Shown here piece by piece: positions 18,922 through 28,236 of a DNA stretch of 63,950 nucleotides. The stretch covers positions 1-63,950 of the IMG/VR virus record IMGVR_UViG_3300027899_000982, one strand, 5' to 3'. The stretch is from a virus. Taxonomy: Duplodnaviria; Caudoviricetes. The translations under genes were made by a program, and so were the position numbers. Numbering within the stretch: the first letter of the stretch is position 1; the number at the start of each line of letters is the position of its first letter. The notes under the pieces were generated by a model. That model was given only the letters and a program-made list of their open reading frames with translations, had not been told where the DNA came from and ran no database searches.

Positions 18922-19601
18922 TATGATTTCCCTAATGCTTTATTTATATTCTCAAGGGAAAGGCCGGAACCCCTTGTTGCCGCACAATGAATTATTGTTG
19001 AATTTTTGATTTCCATATCAGAAATACTGCCCAAAACTAAGGTGTTCCAATTAGGAATATTATAGATGTTATAATCTGTTATGTCTTGAGCATGAAACAT
19101 CTTATTATAAATAATGGTGTCATAAGCCCATTCATCAATCCAAGAATAGGCTAAATCATCTCCAATGTCCCAAAGTTTCTCATCCATTGCTGCTGGATAG
19201 TACCTTAAATTTGCCATCATCCAAGGAGACAAATTTCTAACCAAGTCTAAACAAGTTGGATTGCTGAAGGAAAACTGAAATTCATTGGCTATCACAAACA
19301 TGGCAAACTTATTGAATTTTTCAAATATCTCTACTGGCTTTAAACAGATGGTGTCCGAATCAGCAAACAGAATGTTGTGATGTCCTGAGAAATATATCTC
19401 TTTCACCCTTGAATATACTTCTTTAAATAACTGATGATAATTGGACACTTTCCCCCTTAATATAATAATCTCGTCCAATCCAGCTAGATTATTTTTAAAG
19501 GACTCGACACAAAGCTCAGTCATTTTTGTATAGTCTTGGAAATTAGTTAGCCCATACATATTGTCCACTTGGTAATTGACTGTAATAAAAATGTTCTTCA
19601 A
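18921..19601 (-). CDS. Putative GT-A glycosyltransferase
   Basis: ILFADSD DxD motif and C-terminal IIH. Confidence 0.55.
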   Translation of the reverse strand: MKNIFITVNYQVDNMYGLTNFQDYTKMTELCVESFKNNLAGLDEIIILRGKVSNYHQLFKEVYSRVKEIYFSGHHNILFADSDTICLKPVEIFEKFNKFAMFVIANEFQFSFSNPTCLDLVRNLSPWMMANLRYYPAAMDEKLWDIGDDLAYSWIDEWAYDTIIYNKMFHAQDITDYNIYNIPNWNTLVLGSISDMEIKNSTIIHCAATRGSGLSLENINKALGKS

Positions 19602-19602
19602 T

Positions 19603-20877
19603 TTATGTTCTTCCTCCTATTTCCTTTGATCCAGCCACTTCCTTTAACTCCGATATCCATTTTCTTATCTCATCACTACCACAAACCTCATCTGGTTTAC
19701 CGATAGTATGCCAATCAGAGAAATCGGTTTCCTTGTCTATCTTGATTCCATACTTTTCAGGATAGTTCCAGACATCAGACCCAGGATAAGGCTGAAAGGT
19801 ATGGATGCCCCAAATATCTACTGGTGCTTTTTCAATAAACCTTTTTGTTTCTTCTATGGTTTTTTCTGTTTCCCCAGGAAACCCAACAACCATTTGACCC
19901 CTGATTATCAGCCCTGCATTATGGGTCAATTCTGCTGCCCTGTAGTTCTGTCCTGCTGTGACTTTCTTATTCATAGCTTTTAGTATGGTATCAGATCCAC
20001 TCTCAAATCCATAGACTATACCCAAGCAACCGGAGTCCTTCATAGTCATTAGCCTATCTTCTGTGGCCATGTCTGCTCTTAGAAGGCAATGCCAATGGAT
20101 ACCCAATGTTTTAAACAAAATGCAGAAGTCCACAAATCGGGCTGAATCAAAGCCAAAAGTATCATCCATGATATAGAATAGCTTAACATCATATTTATCT
20201 CTTAAATAAATTATATTTTTTTCAACATCTCGTAAAGGAATAAATTTAATTTTATTACGCATATTGTGCTGACCGCAGAAATTACAGCGGTAAGGACAAC
20301 CCAAAGTGGTGAGTACAGTGGCTTCATTTACTTCTCCTAATAGATATTTAAAGGTTTTGCTTGGTAAGTATTTCTTAAAATCAATAGCTTCATAATCAGG
20401 GACTGGGGACATTATATAATCTTCACAGCCTTTTCCCAAAACTTTAAATCCCATCTGAGTCCTAAAAACCATCCCCTCAGTTGGTATTCCTGACTTTAAA
20501 AAATTCTCAAGGCTTTTCTCTCCTGGCCCCATAAAAGCAATGTCTATAGTTGAGTTATTCAATAGATGTTCAGGTGCCATAGTAGCGTGGGCACCACCAG
20601 CCACTATTAATTCTTTTGGGCCTATCGTTTTTATCCTTCCAGCTATAATCTTCATTTGTGGGAAGTTAGCAGAGGAACCTGTGATTCCCCAAACATCAAA
20701 ATGCTCTTTAGGCCACCAATCACTTAATTTTTCCCCGGTAAGGTCAGTCATCGTAACATCAAATCCATGCTCCTTTAGATAAGAGCTAAGATATAGAGGA
20801 CCAAGTGCTGGGATATCTGAATCTGAAATCAACCAAGGAGAAGGGGGAATTACCAAGCAAATAGATTTAGAAGTCAC
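19603..20877 (-). CDS. Cobalamin-dependent (class B) radical SAM enzyme
   Basis: N-terminal B12-binding domain (LGPLYLSSYL, AGGAHAT), GCPYRCNFC and GFESGS. GTG start at 20877 follows GGAGGAGG. Confidence 0.9.
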   Translation of the reverse strand: MTSKSICLVIPPSPWLISDSDIPALGPLYLSSYLKEHGFDVTMTDLTGEKLSDWWPKEHFDVWGITGSSANFPQMKIIAGRIKTIGPKELIVAGGAHATMAPEHLLNNSTIDIAFMGPGEKSLENFLKSGIPTEGMVFRTQMGFKVLGKGCEDYIMSPVPDYEAIDFKKYLPSKTFKYLLGEVNEATVLTTLGCPYRCNFCGQHNMRNKIKFIPLRDVEKNIIYLRDKYDVKLFYIMDDTFGFDSARFVDFCILFKTLGIHWHCLLRADMATEDRLMTMKDSGCLGIVYGFESGSDTILKAMNKKVTAGQNYRAAELTHNAGLIIRGQMVVGFPGETEKTIEETKRFIEKAPVDIWGIHTFQPYPGSDVWNYPEKYGIKIDKETDFSDWHTIGKPDEVCGSDEIRKWISELKEVAGSKEIGGRT

Positions 20878-21109
20878 TTGACGCTCCTCCTCCACCAAAG
20901 TCTCCCCCACCACCAGAAAAGGAATCATTAATGATATGTGGTTCTGGAATATTAGTATCAATATCATCAAACATGGGAGTAATCTCAAATGAAGTGTCTA
21001 AGGGAGTTTTATTGTCAAAAATATTGTGCATATTCCTAACATGAGTCACCATGATAGATTTAATAACTGTTCTGTATCCACAATATTTGCATTTATAATT
21101 AGTCATCAT
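20867..21109 (-). CDS. C2H2-like Zn-finger protein with Gly-rich tail
   Basis: CKYC..H...H and FSGGGGDFGGGGASSDF. Confidence 0.7.
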   Translation of the reverse strand: MMTNYKCKYCGYRTVIKSIMVTHVRNMHNIFDNKTPLDTSFEITPMFDDIDTNIPEPHIINDSFSGGGGDFGGGGASSDF

Positions 21110-21111
21110 TT

Positions 21112-22119
21112 TTATCTCCTTTCTAAAACAATATTTGCTGCTTTTAAGCCTGATTCCACAGCTTGATCCATATCCAAATGCTTAAACAGACCAGCCCTAC
21201 CAGCAGGGATTATGTTAGGATATTTTTTGTTGACCTCAATATCTATATCCTGCCATAAGCGAACTGAATCATTATAAATCAGTGGGTAGCACTCAGGCCC
21301 ATTCCTTCTTGGATAATCATAAACCACAACATCATTTTTAGTGTCTTGTTTATAGAGTATTTTACTTGAGTGGGCACGAATGAAATCAAAGTCTTGTGGG
21401 AAATTAACCACTCCATACTCATCAGACCAAGGGAAATCCCCATTCAAGACTGTCTCAAAACCCATAGTCATAAATGGTAGATCGCTTCTATCCAACAAAT
21501 GGTCTATCCTGCCTGTGTAGATGACAGGACTTCTTGCCCAATCAAAAACTAATGGCTCAGTGAAAATATCAAGAGTTGAGTTCAAATGAATGGCTATATT
21601 TTTATTGTCTATCATCCTCATAAACATTTCGTCATAGCCACTGGCAGGAAAAGCTTGGTACTTGCTACTAAAATATCTGTGGTCAAAAGGGTGGGTGTTT
21701 AATCGTTTGATAGAATGTCCTTGGATTTCATCATAGTAGTTTCCCCACATCTTTTTATTGTAATCATTGTAAAGATATTCTTTAAGGAGCAATTCATGCC
21801 ACTCAGAATGTTTACCAAGTTCATTATAGTCAATAGGGACAGACCAAAGTTTTCCTTTGCAATAAGACTTGACAAAATGGGTATAAAATGTCCAATCAGT
21901 AAACCTGGAAAGGAAATCCCATACCTCTTTATTATCGGTATGGAATAGGTGTGCCCCATAAATAGAAAATCTTGTGCCCTTAAAATGACCTTCTTTACAT
22001 AGCCCACCAATTCGGTTAGTCTGCTCAATGACTAAGACCTTCTTGCCTTTGTCAGCTAAACATCTGGCAGCAGTCAGCCCTGTCAACCCAGCACCAACAA
22101 TTATACAATCATAAATCAT
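21112..22119 (-). CDS. glf: UDP-galactopyranose mutase
   Basis: VGAGLTG, IGGLC, YGAHLFHT, YQAFP..GY, YTG.ID and GR.G.F...DMDQAV motifs. Confidence 0.9.
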   Translation of the reverse strand: MIYDCIIVGAGLTGLTAARCLADKGKKVLVIEQTNRIGGLCKEGHFKGTRFSIYGAHLFHTDNKEVWDFLSRFTDWTFYTHFVKSYCKGKLWSVPIDYNELGKHSEWHELLLKEYLYNDYNKKMWGNYYDEIQGHSIKRLNTHPFDHRYFSSKYQAFPASGYDEMFMRMIDNKNIAIHLNSTLDIFTEPLVFDWARSPVIYTGRIDHLLDRSDLPFMTMGFETVLNGDFPWSDEYGVVNFPQDFDFIRAHSSKILYKQDTKNDVVVYDYPRRNGPECYPLIYNDSVRLWQDIDIEVNKKYPNIIPAGRAGLFKHLDMDQAVESGLKAANIVLERR

Positions 22120-22132
22120 CTTCTCTCCTTTT

Positions 22133-22244
22133 AGCGGCGACCGGGTTGCCCCCTCCGGTTCCCATCGGTCAGGACGGTCTATAATCTCCGCTCATTGCCA
22201 CCACCCCGCCATTCAACGGCGCCTCACATGGCAGGGCCACCGCT
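22133..22244 (-). repeat. GC-rich structured intergenic element, copy A
   Basis: AGCGGUGG-CCC..GGGG-UGGUG...GGA-ACCGG..CCGGU-CGCCGCU directly before the RBS of glf. Confidence 0.8.
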
Positions 22245-22249
22245 GTTGG

Positions 22250-22450
22250 TTATTTTGTCATTTCCCTCCAACCCTTATTTGTCCATCTTTTACGATCACG
22301 GTCCCAATAACCCTCGCTTATCATTCTTTGCCAATAGTCGGAGCAATAAGGACAACCACTATCGGGGTGACAGGGCTGGTGACAAAAAGGTGGCTCGTCC
22401 GGTTCACCCATGATTAACATCTGATCGTCATATCCGTCCCAAGACATCAT
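22250..22450 (-). CDS. Small Cys/His-rich protein
   Basis: Likely start MMSWDG at 22450 after AAGGGG. CHQPCHPDSGCPYC. Confidence 0.6.
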   Translation of the reverse strand: MMSWDGYDDQMLIMGEPDEPPFCHQPCHPDSGCPYCSDYWQRMISEGYWDRDRKRWTNKGWREMTK

Positions 22451-22468
22451 TTTCCCCTTTTCTCTTTC

Positions 22469-22508
22469 AGCGGCGATCCGGTTATCCCTACGGGAGTATC
22501 CCCCGGAC
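22469..22508 (-). repeat. Partial (3' half) copy of the structured element
   Basis: CCGG..GGGAUAACCGG-AUCGCCGCUGAAAG before an RBS. Confidence 0.55.
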
Positions 22509-22688
22509 CAGATAATTTTCCTCAATCTCCGTTTTCATTTCTTGAAGATTGTCAATGAATCCCTGGAATTCTTTAACATCTCTGGCGACCTTAATACGAA
22601 CATCAGGCCCAAAATGTAGAAAAATTCCCCTATCCAAGACATCTCCGTCATTATCGTAATTATTTACCGAAAAAGTGACCTTGTTCAC
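22488..22688 (-). CDS. Hypothetical protein
   Basis: GTG start after AGGGGG. Confidence 0.6.
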   Translation of the reverse strand: MNKVTFSVNNYDNDGDVLDRGIFLHFGPDVRIKVARDVKEFQGFIDNLQEMKTEIEENYLVRGILP

Positions 22689-22707
22689 GCTTCATCCCCC
22701 TTTCTTT

Positions 22708-22824
22708 AGCAGCGACCGGGTTGCCCCCTCCGGTTCCTCTCGGTCAGGACGGTCTATTCTTCTCCTTCCGTTGCCACCACCCCTCATCAGCCTTGCAAGG
22801 TCTTAATGGCGAGGGGCCGCCGCT
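22708..22824 (-). repeat. Structured intergenic element, copy B
   Basis: Same scaffold as copy A with pairing-preserving changes. Confidence 0.8.
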
Positions 22825-22827
22825 GGT

Positions 22828-23223
22828 TTATGAAAATTCTCCAACAAGATAGTCCCATGTTCCTTCACCATGACCAATACAATATCGACCGTCGATCCTG
22901 TGCCTTGCCAACCCGTTTGGCCCTGGTTCGGCACAGTTGTCGTCATACCACTGTTGATCTACTTTTGATGGCCCACATGACCTTTCCGTAATAATGGCGG
23001 TCATTTGATTTTTCCCAACCTCCTGCCCATACTCGTCTTTAATAAAAGACTCTATCCCTTTCCATTTATCCTGCCAATCGGCCAGACTATCAATCCCTTC
23101 TTCTGGTATTACATGGAGAGAGAAACACCAACCCCCACTACTTTTCCCAATATGAATTTCATCATATTCCCTGCCACAATGTGGGCAAGGAGGCTTAGGA
23201 TACCAGTAATAATTAGTTCCCAT
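22828..23223 (-). CDS. Conserved phage hypothetical protein
   Basis: MGTNYY..CPHCG..HIGKSSGGW.F...DEYG...EFS, a recurrent phage family pattern. Confidence 0.75.
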   Translation of the reverse strand: MGTNYYWYPKPPCPHCGREYDEIHIGKSSGGWCFSLHVIPEEGIDSLADWQDKWKGIESFIKDEYGQEVGKNQMTAIITERSCGPSKVDQQWYDDNCAEPGPNGLARHRIDGRYCIGHGEGTWDYLVGEFS

Positions 23224-23240
23224 CTTCTCTCCTTTCTTTC

Positions 23241-23396
23241 AGCGGCGACCGGGTTATCCCCACCCCGGCTCCTCGTCTGTCCTATGGCGCACTCGACACA
23301 GACTCGGCTCTGCCTTCATTTAGCCATCTCGCCTTCTCCACACCACCCCTATCCCCGAATCTACCCCCAAGAGTAGCCGGATAAGGGGCCACCGCT
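23241..23396 (-). repeat. Structured intergenic element, copy C (longer)
   Basis: Same termini and stems with expanded variable loops. Confidence 0.75.
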
Positions 23397-23401
23397 AAAT
23401 T

Positions 23402-24025
23402 CTACATTCTGGTTTTATTAGCCAGCTTAACAAACTCTTCTTCACAAAATTTTAGCCAAATGAATTGAGAAGCCATTGCATCATAAGAAGGAACTTCCAT
23501 TTTTGGATGGCAACAGTATCTTTCTACTTTTCTATTGCAGGTATCCATCAAGAAAACATTCCCGGCAACTCCCTTCTCAATTTTATACAGCTTACCAGAA
23601 GGGGCTACAAAACCGAATGATCCATTCTTCTCTAAATCTTCCACCTGTTTCTTATCAAGTAAACTGATCAATAATTGTTTGGACTTCTCTCTAGCTTCAG
23701 CATCTTTCTTTTCTCTTTCCTTAGCTAATCTTGCTTGTTCAGCCCTTTGAGCAGCCAATTTTTCCAATTGGGCTTTTTGTTCTGCTAATTGCTCTTTGGT
23801 GTAAACAATCGGCTTTGCTTGGTAAGTACCATTATCAGCTAATTTCTGCCATTCACATCTATCATAATTCCAAGTAGACCAAGTTGTGGCAGTGGAAGAA
23901 GTGGTAGATGCTGAATTCCCTGACCAAGTGTACCATGTTGAATCACTTGAAGTTGTTGTGGTAATAAATGACCAAGTCCAAGTTGACCAAGTATAGTCGG
24001 TGCCTGTTGAATAAGTATAAGCCAT
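23402..24025 (-). CDS. Hypothetical protein with Thr/Ser/Trp-rich N-terminus and coiled coil
   Basis: GGAGG RBS. Confidence 0.7.
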   Translation of the reverse strand: MAYTYSTGTDYTWSTWTWSFITTTTSSDSTWYTWSGNSASTTSSTATTWSTWNYDRCEWQKLADNGTYQAKPIVYTKEQLAEQKAQLEKLAAQRAEQARLAKEREKKDAEAREKSKQLLISLLDKKQVEDLEKNGSFGFVAPSGKLYKIEKGVAGNVFLMDTCNRKVERYCCHPKMEVPSYDAMASQFIWLKFCEEEFVKLANKTRM

Positions 24026-24033
24026 ATACCCTC

Positions 24034-24258
24034 CTACCCTGCTTGCATGGCAGGAACCATAATTAGCTTTTCTGCCGAAGGGTCAAACTTTTTCATTTCC
24101 CCTGCTTGCTCTCCTTTCTTGTCTACACGAAATGCTTTGTACCCTTTCTTCTTTAACTTGTCAAAAGTTTCCTCAGCATTTTCAACTTCATCTTCTTTGT
24201 CCTCATCCCAAATCAACTTTGTGTCCCCAGTCTCATCAATGATTCTTGCTTCTCCCAT
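24034..24258 (-). CDS. Small hypothetical protein ending VPAMQAG
   Basis: AAGGAGG RBS. Confidence 0.7.
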   Translation of the reverse strand: MGEARIIDETGDTKLIWDEDKEDEVENAEETFDKLKKKGYKAFRVDKKGEQAGEMKKFDPSAEKLIMVPAMQAG

Positions 24259-24404
24259 TTTGTTTCCTCCTTTTAATTAAAAATAGTTTATAAATTTAAT
24301 TACCCCGACAACAGCCAACATAATAATTCCAAATCCAGCAATAATTGCTATCAGCATCAAAAGCGATCCACAGACATACTCCACCAAATCTTCAAATTTT
24401 TGAT

Positions 24405-24995
24405 TCATATTTTTATTTCCTGTTTGTCAAACCAAATTTGTATTCCACCATGATTCTTCATTTCTGGATTATAAACCCCACCCCACTCATCTGTGAACTC
24501 ATTAAATATCAGAGTGTTTTTCCATTGGCTGAAGTGTTTTCCTTCCTTTATAAATTCATGGACAAAACAGCCATTATTTCTTTGTATATCTGTGTTCTTA
24601 ATATCATGCAAAGCCATGATTCCATTCTCATTCAGCAATTCTTTGTAGATATAGAAATCTTTTTTTACTCCTTCTAATGAATGGTCTCCATCAATAAAAA
24701 TTAAGTCATAGAGTAAGTCCAATTTATTTACCATATCAGGATGAACACGGATAATATTTTCCTTTTCATAAGTTGCAGTATGCTTTATATCTACAGCAAC
24801 CACCTTATCAAAAAGACAAGAGAATATAAAGGTTAAACCTCCATCCGCTGCCCCTATTTCAAGGACATTTTTACAACCATGTTTAATGATGAACTCCAGA
24901 AAAGGTTTTAATTCTGAGAACCTTTGCTGGGGCTTGTGCTGGATAGAACTAATAAGGGCCACATTGATTTTGTTGGTTAAAGCTATCTCTCCCAT
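24405..24995 (-). CDS. Class I SAM methyltransferase (Methyltransf_24-like)
   Basis: LEIGAADGG, DLIFIDGDHS and GIMALHDI motifs. Confidence 0.85.
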   Translation of the reverse strand: MGEIALTNKINVALISSIQHKPQQRFSELKPFLEFIIKHGCKNVLEIGAADGGLTFIFSCLFDKVVAVDIKHTATYEKENIIRVHPDMVNKLDLLYDLIFIDGDHSLEGVKKDFYIYKELLNENGIMALHDIKNTDIQRNNGCFVHEFIKEGKHFSQWKNTLIFNEFTDEWGGVYNPEMKNHGGIQIWFDKQEIKI

Positions 24996-25372
24996 TTAAT
25001 ACTTTCCTCTGGCACATTAGCAGGATACCAGTTAAATGCCCATCCAGAACCAACCCTAAAATCCATCAGCCTACCTATCCTTTCATAATTCTTGACGCTA
25101 CTCTTTAAAATAATCCCATAATAATATTCTGTGGTATATTTACTAAGGCTAAAATCAATTACCTCTACAAGCAAATATTGATTTGTTTGCTTATAATGAG
25201 CATTAGTTAAAACTGCTTTTTCTCCAATTTTATATTTGGGGACTTTTATTGCTTTGTCTTTCCTGGTCTTTCTCCAAATATATTCGTCTTTAGCTTTCTG
25301 CCTAACTTCAGAAAACCTATCTGCATTATTATCTATACCTAAATGAGTGTCAGTAATTGGATTTTTTACCAT
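24983..25372 (-). CDS. Hypothetical protein
   Basis: Coupled ORF within the operon. Confidence 0.6.
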   Translation of the reverse strand: MVKNPITDTHLGIDNNADRFSEVRQKAKDEYIWRKTRKDKAIKVPKYKIGEKAVLTNAHYKQTNQYLLVEVIDFSLSKYTTEYYYGIILKSSVKNYERIGRLMDFRVGSGWAFNWYPANVPEESIKWER

Positions 25373-25716
25373 TAATATCTCTTCCCATTTCTTATTAGTG
25401 CACTGGATTCAAAAGCCATAACTGCGTCTAAATCACACAAAGAACCTAATCTATCTAAACAGCCACTACATCTGCCAAAATAATTTGGAGTAAAAGACCC
25501 ACAAGAAATACACTTTTTCCATCCAACCTTCTTCAAGTCTTTTTTCTTGTGGTTAGTAACCTGTCTGGCTTTGGTGTTTCTGAGGTCATTCCAATATTGT
25601 CTTTTGACTTTTATAGACTCATCACAGTTATGCCATTTCTGTTTTCCATGAATGACAAATTTTTTTCTACAATAAATACAACAGGCTGGGGCTATATGAG
25701 GTTTCCAAACGGCCAC
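25372..25716 (-). CDS. Zn-finger protein
   Basis: CIYC and CISC...CSGC. Confidence 0.55.
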   Translation of the reverse strand: MAVWKPHIAPACCIYCRKKFVIHGKQKWHNCDESIKVKRQYWNDLRNTKARQVTNHKKKDLKKVGWKKCISCGSFTPNYFGRCSGCLDRLGSLCDLDAVMAFESSALIRNGKRY

Positions 25717-25886
25717 TATGATACTCCATCTATATTTGGTATAATTTTTTCTTCAACTATAACCAGCAATCTCTGCAATAGACTCACAATTTTTCTATCC
25801 TCAAATAAAATCTTTTTCAGTATATCTTTTTCTGACCATTCTCTCCTGTCAATTTCAGTGAGATATTCCTTTTGTTGTTCACTCAT
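25716..25886 (-). CDS. Hypothetical protein
   Basis: Short coupled ORF. Exact start uncertain. Confidence 0.4.
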   Translation of the reverse strand: MSEQQKEYLTEIDRREWSEKDILKKILFEDRKIVSLLQRLLVIVEEKIIPNIDGVS

Positions 25887-26590
25887 TTCATAATCCCCCT
25901 TAGCTTTGTCTCTGCTTCTTTCATACAATCCTGCCCAATATTATTACTTAGGATTTCATGGCTTCTATCAAATTCAAAGCCCATTCTGCCATAATTAGGA
26001 TCATTTGGATTTGATCCATCCCATTTATGCTCTATTGTTACGTCACCGATGAAATAAAAACGCCTTAGACGGTTTGCTAGATTATATAGGAAGTTATCAT
26101 TCGCATAAGTTAGACCAATAGGTGGGGTGAACCAGCCGACAGTCTCCACCCATTTCTTGCTGATAAATCCATGAGTGGCTAAGGAAGCACTAAAGTGTTT
26201 GTCTTCGCACCATATTAAACCAACTCCATCAGGAAACTGTTCAAACTTAGCAATCACAACTCGGTCCCAATCTTTTGTTTCATAGACAAGGTCATCTCCT
26301 CCCATTTGAAATATATCCCCATGAGAAACAGTAAGACAGTCATTCCAAAGACAACCCAAGTCGGGAAAGGTTTCTGGTCCAACAACAATGCGAGGGAAAA
26401 GCCTGATATCTGTCATTAGATAAACAGCTTCCCTAAATGATGGATCATTCAAATCATTGTCAGTATCATCCACCCTGAATATTACTTCAATATTGTTTTC
26501 ATCTGACTTGGTATTCTTGATACTATCTAACATCCTTAAGATGTTTTGTGGGCGTTTTCTTGCAGGAGTTAAAATTGATATTGTTTTCAC
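25883..26590 (-). CDS. GT2-like glycosyltransferase
   Basis: SILTPARKRP, RVDDTD, WN, GDDL and EH motifs. Confidence 0.75.
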   Translation of the reverse strand: MKTISILTPARKRPQNILRMLDSIKNTKSDENNIEVIFRVDDTDNDLNDPSFREAVYLMTDIRLFPRIVVGPETFPDLGCLWNDCLTVSHGDIFQMGGDDLVYETKDWDRVVIAKFEQFPDGVGLIWCEDKHFSASLATHGFISKKWVETVGWFTPPIGLTYANDNFLYNLANRLRRFYFIGDVTIEHKWDGSNPNDPNYGRMGFEFDRSHEILSNNIGQDCMKEAETKLRGIMK

Positions 26591-27595
26591 TCATCCCCCT
26601 TGTACTTGGTTTAAAATATCATAATAAACGGAGTATTGTTTCTTATTTTCTTGAACTGAAAACTTTTCATAGCAATAATCATAAGCCCTGTCTGCCATGA
26701 GTTGTCTTTTATCAGGATTTTCTACCATGTCTTTAATAGCATTATACCATGACTTTCTGGAATTGGACTTTAATAAAAGGCCATTGTGACCATTCACTAT
26801 AGAATTTTTATAACTTTCTGTACTGCTGGCTATAGTCACCGCCCTGATACTTGAATACTCAATAAATTTCAAATTAGATCGACAATCATTAAAAAGGTTC
26901 TGTCTATTTGGGACTATACCTATATCCATACCAAACTTTTGTAGGCTGGATATGAATAAATGAGGTTGTAAAAATGGATAGAAAGTTACCTTAGTGAATA
27001 ATTTAGGTGAATTTATACCAAACATAAATATATCTACTTTGTCTTTATAGGTTTCTTTGATGTCTAATAAAGCATCTTGAATGTCTACAGTAAAATCTGA
27101 CATATGGGTTTCACTGCCAGCCCAGCCTATTCTGATTTTACCATAATCAGGCTTAATATAAGACCTGTCAAACACCACTAGATTAGGCAACACGTAGACA
27201 TTTTTATTGAACTCTTTAATCATCTTAGCTAATCGTGGAGTGGAGACAGTTACTGCATGGGATATTTTTAGTATTTCTTCAAATCCCCTAATTCTCTCCC
27301 TGGTCCAGAATTTATACATTTCTCCTGTGTCCGGTGGGATAGACCAGATATTATCATCAATCTCTGAGACAATAACCTTGTTGAATTTAAGGAGCCTTTG
27401 AGTGGACTTATAAGCCGACTCATGGCATTGCCTTTGAATAATTATCATATCGGATTCTTGAAGATATTTCAATGGTAACTGTTCAGGCAAACTCCATTTA
27501 GCTTCTTCATATATCTCTTGGCAAAGTCCAGCAGGTTGTATAATCCTGTACCAGCTTGATCCACCAAAGTCTGCACAAACGAATAGAAGTTTCAT
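26591..27595 (-). CDS. GT-B (GT4-like) glycosyltransferase
   Basis: YRI.QP, EIDD, IGWAGS.TH, DIGIVP and FN.CRSNLKFIEY motifs. Confidence 0.85.
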   Translation of the reverse strand: MKLLFVCADFGGSSWYRIIQPAGLCQEIYEEAKWSLPEQLPLKYLQESDMIIIQRQCHESAYKSTQRLLKFNKVIVSEIDDNIWSIPPDTGEMYKFWTRERIRGFEEILKISHAVTVSTPRLAKMIKEFNKNVYVLPNLVVFDRSYIKPDYGKIRIGWAGSETHMSDFTVDIQDALLDIKETYKDKVDIFMFGINSPKLFTKVTFYPFLQPHLFISSLQKFGMDIGIVPNRQNLFNDCRSNLKFIEYSSIRAVTIASSTESYKNSIVNGHNGLLLKSNSRKSWYNAIKDMVENPDKRQLMADRAYDYCYEKFSVQENKKQYSVYYDILNQVQGG

Positions 27596-27684
27596 ATTTC
27601 AAATATCAAAGTCCAATTGATAGTAACCAACATAATCTTACCAAACACAATCCAGTAAATCATCCAGCCACCTCCTTAAACTTA

Positions 27685-28236
27685 TCATAGACCAAGTTTC
27701 TTTTTAGCCCAATTCTGTTTTAATGCTTCTGATAATTTTTTACGTGTTTCATTAGAAACATTTTGTCTTTTTCTTCCTTTAGCTTTATCAGATATTTTTC
27801 TTTTAGTTTCTTCGCTTAGAACACGACCTGTTATCTTTTCTATAAATTCTTTTGAATGTTTCCTTCCATAAAAAGGGTTTAACTCCCCAAATCGTTTACT
27901 ATCATACATAGGATTTTTCTTACCATCTATTCTACCTTTAGATTTCAAACCTATAACTTTCTTAGTTTGTTCAGTATGATTTTTTCCATAAAATGGATTT
28001 AGTTCTTGAATCTTTTTACTACCATGCAAAGACATGTGTTTTTCTTTAGTTAATAATTCTAAATTACTAATATGGTCATTCATAGGATTTTCATCTTTAT
28101 GATGGACATGATATCCTTTTCTCTTTAGATTATTAGGATTATAATGATTCCATATAAAGTGTGCTAAAGGTTCTCCATTTAAATAAATTCTTTCAGAATC
28201 ATACATTTTCCGTATTTCAAGGCTTTGAATTATCAT
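27685..28236 (-). CDS. HNH-NUMOD3 homing endonuclease
   Basis: HHKDENPMNDHISNLEL and NPFYGK.H repeats. Confidence 0.9.
   Translation of the reverse strand: MIIQSLEIRKMYDSERIYLNGEPLAHFIWNHYNPNNLKRKGYHVHHKDENPMNDHISNLELLTKEKHMSLHGSKKIQELNPFYGKNHTEQTKKVIGLKSKGRIDGKKNPMYDSKRFGELNPFYGRKHSKEFIEKITGRVLSEETKRKISDKAKGRKRQNVSNETRKKLSEALKQNWAKKKLGL

Noticed and set aside
22780-22800. CUGAUGA on the - strand as a hammerhead ribozyme core
   Set aside because: No correctly placed stem II and GAAA, and the motif is absent from the sister copies.
22133-23396. Repeats as integron attC sites or type I-E CRISPR repeats (GGGGATAACC resemblance)
   Set aside because: No RYYYAAC/GTTRRRY ends, no integrase in the window, and the units are long, variable and separated by whole genes.
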